Part shown: piece after piece, positions 56,259 through 64,000 of the stretch | Position numbering within the stretch: position 1 is the stretch's first letter | Layout: each line of letters starts with the position of its first letter | Source of the DNA: an uncultured Acidobacteriota bacterium | GTDB taxonomy: Bacteria > Actinomycetota > Acidimicrobiia > Spongiisociales > ZC4RG35 | DNA length: 64,000 nt | Assembly (NCBI GenBank): GCA_963828465.1 | Contig: CAWHEU010000022.1 | Span: 539,887 to 603,886, forward strand | Direction: 5' to 3' | Notes under the pieces: generated by a model | What the model was told of the DNA's origin: nothing | The model's input: the letters and a program-made list of their open reading frames with translations, nothing else | The model's database searches: none | Made by a program: the position numbers and the translations under genes

Positions 56259-58871
56259 GTGCCCACACTCGCCCTGATCGACGGCAACTCCATCGCCTAC
56301 CGGGCCTTCTATGCGCTCCCGGAGGACCTGGCGACGAAGAGCGGTCAGGTGACGAACGCTGTATTCGGGTTCACCCGGATGCTGATCAGGCTGCTCAAGG
56401 ACTACCACCCCGATGGCATCGCCGTGGCCTGGGACGTGTCACGCCAGACATTCCGGAAGGAGTCCTATCCCGAGTACAAGGCACAACGCGAGAAGGCGCC
56501 GGATCACTTCCGCAGCCAGCTGCCATTGATGGATGAGGTGCTGCAGACGCTCGACATCACCCAGCTCCGCGAGGAGGGCTTCGAGGCCGACGACATCATC
56601 GCCACTCTCACCAGGAACGGGACAGCCGCCGGATGGGAGATCCTCATCGTGACCGGCGACCGAGACGCGTTCCAGCTGATCGAAAAGACCGTGAAGGTGG
56701 TCTACACCCGCCGCGGTATCAGCGACATCGTCCTGGCGGACGAGGGGTACGTCGTCGAGAAGTACGGCATCAGGCCCGACCAGTACGTGGAGTACGCCGC
56801 GCTCAGGGGCGACACGTCGGACAACCTTCCCGGAGTGCCTGGTGTTGGGGAGAAGACCGCATCACGGCTGATCGCCGAGCACGGAGATCTCGACAATCTC
56901 TTCCTGTCCGTGACCGACCTGACTCCGAAGCTCAAGGAGAACCTGTCTGCGCATCGCGAGCAGGTGTTCCTCAACAGGGAGCTCATGCAGCTGGTCGATG
57001 ACATGGACCTGGGGGTGGAGATCGAGGACCTCCGCACCCGGGAATGGGACCGGAATCAGGTCAAGGACCTGTTCGACAGTCTCGAATTCCACTCGATGTG
57101 GAACGACCTGGAGCAGGCTCTCCCATCGGCCGCCACGGTGTCCGAGCTAGTCGAAGTCGAGTCGTCTCTGCTCACCTCGCCCGAACAGGTCGCGGCCATG
57201 GCGCAGACTCCTGTCCTGATCGCCGGGTTGGTGATCGATGGTGGAGAGCCCTTCGGGCTTGCTGTCTCCACAGGACCGGGGGAGGCGGCCGTGGTCCCGT
57301 TCGACGCGGCCGGCCCGATTCTCGATGCCCTCGAGAGTGGACAGGCCGCCCTTGCCGGTCACGACGTGAAAGATCTGGTGCGGGTGTTGCTCGATCTGGA
57401 CCGAGACGTGGATCGGCTGGCCATGGACACCGCGCTCGCCGCGTACATCGTTAATCCATCTCAACGCACGTACGACCTCGAGGAGCTGGCCGACCGTTTG
57501 CTCGGTCTGGAGCTGGTCTCGCCAGATGACGACGAGGCGGCGCTGGGGACCTTGCCGTTCGACAGCGGGCCCGACCTCGAGACCGAGGGTCGCCGCATCG
57601 AAGGTGTGCGGCGGCTGGTCGAAGTCATGCGGGACGAGCTGTCAGATCGTGAGGAAGGTGAGCTCTTCGAAGAGTTCGAGCTCCCCTTGATCCCCGTTCT
57701 CGCCCGGATGGAGCACACCGGCATCGCTGTCGATCGCGCCTATCTCGAGAACATGGGTGCCGACCTGAGGGAGAAGCTCACTGCGCTCGATGCCCGTATC
57801 CAGGAGCTGGCGGGGGAGCAGTTCAACGTCAACTCCACCGATCAGCTGCGCTACGTGCTCTTCGAGAAGCTCGCTCTCCCGGTCGTCAAGAAGACGTCGA
57901 CGGGCAAGCCGTCCACCGACGCATCGGTATTGAAGAAGCTCGATCATCCCGTGGTCGATGCCCTCCTCGAATACAGGGAGTACGAGAAGCTGAGGGGAAC
58001 GTACGTCGATGGGTATCTGCCGTTGGTCGACGCCGATGGTCGGATCAGGACCCGGTTCAACCAGATGGCGGCGACGACGGGGCGACTCTCTTCGGATCGA
58101 CCGAACCTGCAAAACATCCCGATCCGGTCCGAGTCGGGTCGCACTATCCGCCGTGCATTCATCGCCGGGGAGGGAGCGGAGTTCCTCGTAGCGGATTACT
58201 CCCAGATCGAGTTGCGGGTGTTGGCCCACATGAGCGGGGACCCTTTCCTTGTCGAGGCGTTCCGCTCCGGCTCCGACATCCATACCGCGACGGCTGCCCG
58301 GGTTTGGGGCCTTTCCGAATCGGAGGTGACCGCAAATCAGCGGCGGACAGCGAAAATGATCAACTTCGGGCTGCTCTACGGGATGGAGGCCTTCGGCCTG
58401 GCCGACCGGCTGGGGATCTCGCGGGACGAGGCGCAGCAGCACATGGACGCCTACTTCTCCCAGTTCGTCCAGGTGAGGGAGTTCATGTCGGCGGTCGTCA
58501 CCCAGGCCCGAAACCAGGGCTACACCACAACTCTCTTCGGGCGCCGGCGATATCTGCCCGAGCTGAAGTCGGACAACTTCCGGATTCGCCAGATGGGGGA
58601 GCGGATGGCGTTGAACGCTCCGGTACAGGGCACCGCCGCCGACATCATCAAGAAGGCGATGATCGATCTCGACGCCAGCCTCCGCTCCGAAGGGTTGGCC
58701 TCCACGTTGATCCTCCAGATCCATGACGAGCTGATCCTGGAGAGCCCACTCGATGAGATCGAGGTCGCAGAGAAGCTGGTGGTGACCACCATGGAGGGAG
58801 TGGTTTCTCTGGATGTGCCGCTCGAAGTCGATGTCGCCACCGGGCCCGATCTCGCCAGTGTCAAGGGTTGA
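56259..58871 (+). CDS. polA: DNA polymerase I
   Basis: LIDGNSIAYRAF, EADD, GDTSDNLPGV, TGRLSS..PNLQNIP, ADYSQIELR, K.INFG..YG, QIHDEL. Confidence 0.97.
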   Translation: MPTLALIDGNSIAYRAFYALPEDLATKSGQVTNAVFGFTRMLIRLLKDYHPDGIAVAWDVSRQTFRKESYPEYKAQREKAPDHFRSQLPLMDEVLQTLDITQLREEGFEADDIIATLTRNGTAAGWEILIVTGDRDAFQLIEKTVKVVYTRRGISDIVLADEGYVVEKYGIRPDQYVEYAALRGDTSDNLPGVPGVGEKTASRLIAEHGDLDNLFLSVTDLTPKLKENLSAHREQVFLNRELMQLVDDMDLGVEIEDLRTREWDRNQVKDLFDSLEFHSMWNDLEQALPSAATVSELVEVESSLLTSPEQVAAMAQTPVLIAGLVIDGGEPFGLAVSTGPGEAAVVPFDAAGPILDALESGQAALAGHDVKDLVRVLLDLDRDVDRLAMDTALAAYIVNPSQRTYDLEELADRLLGLELVSPDDDEAALGTLPFDSGPDLETEGRRIEGVRRLVEVMRDELSDREEGELFEEFELPLIPVLARMEHTGIAVDRAYLENMGADLREKLTALDARIQELAGEQFNVNSTDQLRYVLFEKLALPVVKKTSTGKPSTDASVLKKLDHPVVDALLEYREYEKLRGTYVDGYLPLVDADGRIRTRFNQMAATTGRLSSDRPNLQNIPIRSESGRTIRRAFIAGEGAEFLVADYSQIELRVLAHMSGDPFLVEAFRSGSDIHTATAARVWGLSESEVTANQRRTAKMINFGLLYGMEAFGLADRLGISRDEAQQHMDAYFSQFVQVREFMSAVVTQARNQGYTTTLFGRRRYLPELKSDNFRIRQMGERMALNAPVQGTAADIIKKAMIDLDASLRSEGLASTLILQIHDELILESPLDEIEVAEKLVVTTMEGVVSLDVPLEVDVATGPDLASVKG

Positions 58872-58896
58872 CCCACCACCCAAAACCCATAACTCA
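58871..58896. repeat. Heptamer tandem repeat, same family as 6421-6497
   Basis: ACCCACC-ACCCAAA-ACCCATA-ACTCA directly after the polA stop. Confidence 0.6.
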
Positions 58897-58904
58897 TTGG
58901 CGGT

Positions 58905-58926
58905 TGTGGACAAACCTGCGTAGACT
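58905..58926 (+). promoter_or_regulatory. DnaA box and -10 element upstream of rpsA
   Basis: TGTGGACAA (reverse complement of TTGTCCACA) at 58905-58913; TAGACT at 58921-58926. Confidence 0.45.
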
Positions 58927-58983
58927 CACCACGCCTGTGGACCCAGCGTTTGCAGAGTTCCCTTTGGAGGTAACCACTCACAC

Positions 58984-60399
58984 ATGACCAGCGAGCCACA
59001 AAACGCGCCCGCGAGCGCTCCCGAAACGGAGAGCGTCGAGGCGCCCGAGACCACCGAGGCGGAGACGCAGATCTCCGTCGATGTGGAGGAGCCCACCGAG
59101 GTTCCCGAAGTAGTCGAGTATCAGGGCCGCGAGGCTCTCGTCGCCCCAGACCTGAGCGACCTTCCCGATGACATCGCCGACGATTTCGAGCGCGCCATCG
59201 AGGCAACGGTTCTCGAGTTCAAGGAGGGCGACATCGTCGAGGGCACTGTCGTCAGCGTCGATGGCGACGGGGCCATGATCGACATCGGTTACAAATCTGA
59301 AGGCCTCATTCCGACACGTGAACTCTCCATACGGAACAACGTCGACCCCAACGATGCGGTCAAAGTGGGGGAGCGGGTCGAAGCCGTCGTGCTCAACAAG
59401 GAGGACGACGAGGGCCGCCTGATTCTCTCCAAGAAGCGGGCGATGTACGAGCGTGCCTGGGGGAGAATCCAGGAAGTCGCTAAAGAAGGTGGCACCGTCG
59501 ACGGCACTGTCATCGAGGTCGTCAAGGGTGGTCTTATCGTCGACATCGGCCTCCGCGGGTTCCTCCCGGCCTCACTTGTCGATATGCGCCGTGTCCGTGA
59601 TCTGGACCCCTTCATCGGCGAGAGCATCACAGCCAAGGTCATCGAGCTCGACCGGGCCCGAAACAATGTCGTCCTCTCACGCCGGGCATACCTCGAGGAG
59701 GCACAGGCCGAGGAGCGCAACGCATTCCTCGACGGCCTCGGAGAGGGTGAGGTCCGCGACGGAGTGGTTTCCTCAGTCGTGAACTTCGGAGCGTTCGTCG
59801 ACCTTGGGGGGATGGACGGCCTCGTCCATGTCTCCGAGCTGTCGTGGCAACACGTCAATCATCCCGGCGAGCTGGTCAAGGTCGGAGACAAGGTGCAGGT
59901 CAAGGTTCTCGAAGTCGACCGCGATCGGGAGCGGATCTCGCTCTCCATTCGCCAGACCAGCGACGATCCGTGGGATGTGTTCGCCCGTGATCACGAAGTG
60001 GGCGACGTCATCGACGGCATGGTGACCAAGACAGTGCCATTCGGCGCCTTTGTCTCGGTCGCCGATGGAGTCGAGGGATTGGTCCACGTCTCGGAGATCG
60101 CCAGTCATCGAGTCGAATCACCGGAGCTCGAGCTCTCCATTGGCCAGCAGGTCAAGGTCAAGATCACCGAGAAGGAAGACGAGCGTCGCCGCATCTCGCT
60201 TTCCATCAAGCAAGCCTCTCCCGATTGGAAGGAGAGGGAGGCCCAGATGGAGGAGCAGAAGAAGGGTCGCCGCCGCCCCCAGAAAGAGTTCGAGCGCGAG
60301 TTCGGCCCTTCGGAGGAAGAGCGGCCGCCGATGCCCGTCGATGCCTCTCTCGAGGCAATCCTGCAGGAGTTGAAGGAGCGCGGCATCGGCCGTAGGTGA
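58984..60399 (+). CDS. rpsA: 30S ribosomal protein S1
   Basis: Four S1 domains: DIGYKSEG, GFLPASL, FGAFVDLGG.DGLVHVSEL, FGAFV...EGLVHVSE. Confidence 0.97.
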   Translation: MTSEPQNAPASAPETESVEAPETTEAETQISVDVEEPTEVPEVVEYQGREALVAPDLSDLPDDIADDFERAIEATVLEFKEGDIVEGTVVSVDGDGAMIDIGYKSEGLIPTRELSIRNNVDPNDAVKVGERVEAVVLNKEDDEGRLILSKKRAMYERAWGRIQEVAKEGGTVDGTVIEVVKGGLIVDIGLRGFLPASLVDMRRVRDLDPFIGESITAKVIELDRARNNVVLSRRAYLEEAQAEERNAFLDGLGEGEVRDGVVSSVVNFGAFVDLGGMDGLVHVSELSWQHVNHPGELVKVGDKVQVKVLEVDRDRERISLSIRQTSDDPWDVFARDHEVGDVIDGMVTKTVPFGAFVSVADGVEGLVHVSEIASHRVESPELELSIGQQVKVKITEKEDERRRISLSIKQASPDWKEREAQMEEQKKGRRRPQKEFEREFGPSEEERPPMPVDASLEAILQELKERGIGRR

Positions 60400-60406
60400 C
60401 CCGTTT

Positions 60407-60450
60407 CTCCCCTTGAGAGGGGAGTACCGGCGGAGCCGGGGAGGGGGGTT
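60407..60450. repeat. REP-like double hairpin after rpsA (possible terminator)
   Basis: CTCCCCT-TGAG-AGGGGAG, then CCGGC-GGA-GCCGG, then GGAGGGGGG. Confidence 0.55.
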
Positions 60451-60511
60451 CTCACACTTCCGATCGTGCCGCATATGGGGCGACCGAACTATGGAAAGTG
60501 TGGGGAAACAC

Positions 60512-60539
60512 TCAAGACTCTTCTAAAACGGTCCGAATC
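60512..60539 (+). promoter_or_regulatory. Putative sigma28/WhiG-type promoter of the Tad operon
   Basis: TCAA-N16-TCCGAATC, similar to TAAA-N15/16-GCCGA(T/A). Confidence 0.35.
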
Positions 60540-60657
60540 ACTCCTGTGGAATCGGATTTGAAGCACCGGGATGGCGCCTGTCCGTCGGTAGCATGCCTCG
60601 AGGTATGCGCCCGGCACGGGTCGGCGGCATTCCCAGGGGATATACGAAGGGGACTCA

Positions 60658-61578
60658 ATGGGTAGGAGAGCCATCGTGTTGCTAGTGGCCTTGGTATTGG
60701 CCGGGCTAGCAGCTTGGGCGGTCTGGAACTATCTCCAGAACGTCGAGAACGAAATTGTCGAAGGCCAGGAGATCGTCGAGGTCTACCGCGCCGGTGAAGC
60801 CATTGCAGAGGGCACGGACGGAGCGATCCTCCTATCCGACTTCAACAGCGGCGGCACGCTGATCACACAGAGCGAAGACCAGGCCGAAGACGTGCCCGTG
60901 GGCGCCATCACGACCGCCGAGCAGCTGAATCAGGTGCTCACCGATCGTGTCGCCGCCGGCCCGATCGCTGCAGGGTCGATCCTCAACGAATCGCAGTGGG
61001 CTGCCATCACGGTGAATGTGGTGCCGCTCGCGGAGGAGATCCCCTCCGGCAAGCAGGCGATGACCATCTCCACTGACAACATCAGGGGCATCAACGGGTT
61101 CGTCGAGCCCGGTGACCGGGTCAACATGATCATCACGATCGACATCCCCGAGGACCTGCTCCCAGATGAGCTGGCTGGCATCGCCGAGGAGCCGGTTGCG
61201 CCGGAGGAAGGCGCGCCCGCCGCCGAGGCAGTGGCAGCAGTCACCTATACACGGTTTGTCCTGCAGGGTCTCCCCGTCATGGCCACCGGTCGTGACATCC
61301 GGCCCGAAGAGGATGCGCCCGAGACGGTCGAGGTCGACCCAGAGACCACCGGTGACACGACTCCCGAGGGGGAGCCTGTCGAGGAGGAGCTCGGCAACGA
61401 CACGACCTTCACGCTCGAGGTGACACCCGAGCAGGCCGAGCGGATCGCATACGCCACAGAGAACGGCTCTGTATGGCTGACACTGGTGCCGGGCGACTTC
61501 GTCGAAGTCGAGACCACCGGTGTGACAACTCTCAACTTGTTCGGCGGAAATCTGCTGGACGACATCTTCGGAAACTGA
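60658..61578 (+). CDS. cpaB: Flp pilus assembly protein CpaB
   Basis: N-terminal TM, SAF-like region, IPSGKQAMTI, GFVEPGDRVNMI, TLEVTPEQAERI, LTL. Confidence 0.88.
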   Translation: MGRRAIVLLVALVLAGLAAWAVWNYLQNVENEIVEGQEIVEVYRAGEAIAEGTDGAILLSDFNSGGTLITQSEDQAEDVPVGAITTAEQLNQVLTDRVAAGPIAAGSILNESQWAAITVNVVPLAEEIPSGKQAMTISTDNIRGINGFVEPGDRVNMIITIDIPEDLLPDELAGIAEEPVAPEEGAPAAEAVAAVTYTRFVLQGLPVMATGRDIRPEEDAPETVEVDPETTGDTTPEGEPVEEELGNDTTFTLEVTPEQAERIAYATENGSVWLTLVPGDFVEVETTGVTTLNLFGGNLLDDIFGN

Positions 61579-61591
61579 CAGGGGTTCGACG

Positions 61592-62773
61592 ATGACGATG
61601 GCTGAGCACAACTTGTTGGTCGTGGACAAGGACGATGACTTCGTCTCCTCGGCCAAGGAGCTCTTCGAGGGCCGGCTCCCGGTTGCTCGCTCCATTGAGG
61701 AGGCGAGTCAGACCGCGGAATCCGGTGAACTGAGGATGCTCCTGCTCGGCCCATCGTTCTCGAACGACGAGTCCCTCGAGCAGATCCGAAGCCTGCACAA
61801 CCAGGACCCGGCCCTCATCCTGATGATGGTTGCGGAAACGGTCACGTCCGACCTCCTGCGAGGTGCGATGCGAGCCGGCGTCTCCGATGTGATCGAGGCG
61901 CCACTCGACGAGACCAAGATCGAGGCCGCGATCGAGCAGTTTGGCCACGACGTTCTCAAGCGCCGCAGCGTGGCCAAGCCGACAGAGGAGCCTGTTCGCA
62001 CTGAGAGGGGCGCCATCGTCACGATCACCTCCGCCAAGGGTGGGAGTGGGAAGACAGTCGTCGCCACCAATGTGGCCCTCCTCCTCAACAGGATCCCCGA
62101 CAAGAAGGTGGTCCTGGTCGACGCCGATCTGCAGTTCGGCGATGTCTGCCTGTTGCTGCAGTTGGAGCCGAGGTTCACGATGGTCAATGCGGCCCACGAG
62201 CTCCATCATCTCGATCCCGAGATGCTCGACTCCTTGCTCACCGAGCACCCGAGCGGCCTGAAGGTCCTCGCCGCTCCTCTCGAGCCTGCATTCGCCGACG
62301 ACATAACAACCGCCGGCCTGATGCAGATGCTCGACCTGCTCCAGGAGAGCTACGACTACGTGGTCGTCGACACCGCCTCGATGCTCGACGAGCTGATCCT
62401 GTCGCTGATCGAGAAAGCGGACCACGTCCTGATGGTCGTGGACATGGACCTTCCTTCCGTGAAGAACGCCAAGCTCGCCCTGGAGACACTGCGTCTCCTC
62501 AAGTTTTCGACCCAGAACGTCCAGCTGGTCCTCAACCGGAACAACTCGAAGGCCAAGTTGGACAACAAGGAAATCGAAAGCGCCCTGAAGATGGAGATCT
62601 CGGCTGCCATCCCCTCGGATGCCGCAGTCCCGACTTCAGTCAACGAAGGGCGTCCCATCGTCGAAGCCGATCCCAAGGGCAAGGTTGCCAAGGGTTTCGA
62701 GAGTGTCGCCGAATTGATCGCCGGAAAGATCCCCGAGAGCACGTCCAAGGGCGGGCTCTTCGGCAGGAAATAG
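61592..62773 (+). CDS. cpaE: Pilus assembly ATPase CpaE/TadZ (receiver-like domain plus MinD/ParA domain)
   Basis: AMRAGVSDV, SAKGGSGKT..ATN.A, LVDADLQFGD, YVVVDT, LVLNR. Confidence 0.88.
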   Translation: MTMAEHNLLVVDKDDDFVSSAKELFEGRLPVARSIEEASQTAESGELRMLLLGPSFSNDESLEQIRSLHNQDPALILMMVAETVTSDLLRGAMRAGVSDVIEAPLDETKIEAAIEQFGHDVLKRRSVAKPTEEPVRTERGAIVTITSAKGGSGKTVVATNVALLLNRIPDKKVVLVDADLQFGDVCLLLQLEPRFTMVNAAHELHHLDPEMLDSLLTEHPSGLKVLAAPLEPAFADDITTAGLMQMLDLLQESYDYVVVDTASMLDELILSLIEKADHVLMVVDMDLPSVKNAKLALETLRLLKFSTQNVQLVLNRNNSKAKLDNKEIESALKMEISAAIPSDAAVPTSVNEGRPIVEADPKGKVAKGFESVAELIAGKIPESTSKGGLFGRK

Positions 62774-62789
62774 TGGAAGGTAGATAAAA

Positions 62790-64000
62790 GTGCCATCGCT
62801 TTCTGAAAGAGTCGCAGCCGCAAGGCAGACAGAGACACAAGACGTCGGCAGCAACCGCTCGGACGCTCTTGGCGAACTGCGCGGTCGTCTCCATTTCAAG
62901 GTCGTCGAAGAACTGGGCCCGACCCTGTACGACCGTCAAATGTCGGACGCCGAGCTACGCCTTCGCGTCCTCGAGATGCTGGAATGGGCGGTCGACCAGG
63001 AGCAGGGGCTCCCACTCACGTCCGCCGATCGTCGGGCTCTGCTCAACGAGATCGCGTCAGATGTCCTCGGGTACGGCCCGATCGACCCGCTCCTCAACGA
63101 CCCGGACGTGACCGAAGTCATGGCCAATGGCCCGTATGACATCTACTACGAGAAGAGGGGCAAGATCCTCCTCTCCGACGTCAAGTTCGTCGACGAGGTT
63201 CACCTGCGCCGCATCATCGACAAGATCGTCGGGCAGATCGGCCGGCGAGTGGACGAGGCGACGCCCATGGTGGACGCCCGTCTCCCCGATGGTTCCCGTG
63301 TCAATGCGGTGATCCACCCCCTTGCCATTGGCGGGCCCTTCCTGACCATCCGAAAGTTCGCAGTCGACCCCTATCAGGAGGCCGACCTCATCAACTTCGG
63401 GACCATCACGCAGCGCGTGGCCGACTTCGCCAGGGCCTGCGTCCGTGGCCGGCTCAATGTTCTGATCTCCGGTGGTACCGGCTCCGGCAAGACCACCACC
63501 CTCAACGTGATGTCCTCATACATCCCTGGCGATGAGCGAATCGTCACGGTCGAGGATGCGGCCGAGCTCCAGCTTCACCAGGAGCATGTGCTCACGCTCG
63601 AGTCCCGCCCTGCGAACATCGAGGGCAAGGGCGCCATCGCCATCAGGGACCTTGTCAGGAACACTCTGCGTATGCGACCCGACCGAATCGTCGTTGGTGA
63701 GGTTCGTGGTGCCGAGGCACTCGACATGCTCCAGGCGATGAACACCGGTCACGACGGTTCCCTGACCACGGTCCACTCGAACGGCCCGAGGGACACCCTC
63801 TCCCGTATCGAGACCATGGTCCTCATGGCAGGATTCGATCTCCCGGTGCGAGCGATCCGTGAGCAGATCGCAGCCGCCGTCGACCTGATCATCCACGTGT
63901 CTCGTCTCAAGGACGGAACCCGGCGTGTCACCCACGTCACAGAGGTGGAAGGCATGGAAGGCGAGATCATCACCCTCCAAGACATCTTCCTCTTCGACTT
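62790..64000 (+). CDS. cpaF: Pilus assembly ATPase CpaF/TadA, runs off the window end
   Basis: Open frame from GTG 62790 (absent from the ORF track because there is no stop): [69 protein letters not shown]. Confidence 0.93.
   Translation, partial: MPSLSERVAAARQTETQDVGSNRSDALGELRGRLHFKVVEELGPTLYDRQMSDAELRLRVLEMLEWAVDQEQGLPLTSADRRALLNEIASDVLGYGPIDPLLNDPDVTEVMANGPYDIYYEKRGKILLSDVKFVDEVHLRRIIDKIVGQIGRRVDEATPMVDARLPDGSRVNAVIHPLAIGGPFLTIRKFAVDPYQEADLINFGTITQRVADFARACVRGRLNVLISGGTGSGKTTTLNVMSSYIPGDERIVTVEDAAELQLHQEHVLTLESRPANIEGKGAIAIRDLVRNTLRMRPDRIVVGEVRGAEALDMLQAMNTGHDGSLTTVHSNGPRDTLSRIETMVLMAGFDLPVRAIREQIAAAVDLIIHVSRLKDGTRRVTHVTEVEGMEGEIITLQDIFLFD

Noticed and set aside
1-64000. CRISPR array, IS elements, prophage, rRNA
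   Set aside because: No repeat-spacer pattern, transposase, phage gene or rRNA-like segment seen; the window is almost entirely core coding sequence.

Overview
High-GC chromosomal core region of an actinomycete, most likely class Acidimicrobiia (inferred from gene content and order, not from a search). In order it holds: an aminotransferase and ltaE; a FAS-II cluster (fabD-fabH-fabG-acpP-fabF); dinB, DUF3040 and an Rv1830/McdR-like MerR regulator; a MoxR-DUF58-transglutaminase triad; a four-gene insert (two hypotheticals, HNH, GNAT); the dcw cluster from mraZ to divIVA (no murF or ddl); ileS, dksA/traR-lspA-rluD, a rhomboid, an MFS transporter and dnaE; a paired ArsA/Get3-like ATPase locus followed by a C-terminally anchored HAD phosphatase; tandem-domain thyX; nth-MATE, ccdA, ygfZ, tRNA-Leu(CAA), polA and rpsA; and the start of a Tad/Flp pilus operon. 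I found no CRISPR array, IS element or prophage. Three single-base frameshifts (two in ftsI, one in an ArsA-like gene) look like sequencing errors. Best leads: a possible bacterial GET-like module co-encoded with a tail-anchored protein, a long hairpin hiding the rsmH start codon, a family of heptamer-repeat hairpins at gene ends, an McdR-like regulator placed between dinB and the dcw cluster, and a WhiG/sigma28-like promoter before the Tad genes. All product calls come from motif recognition; no database search was run.
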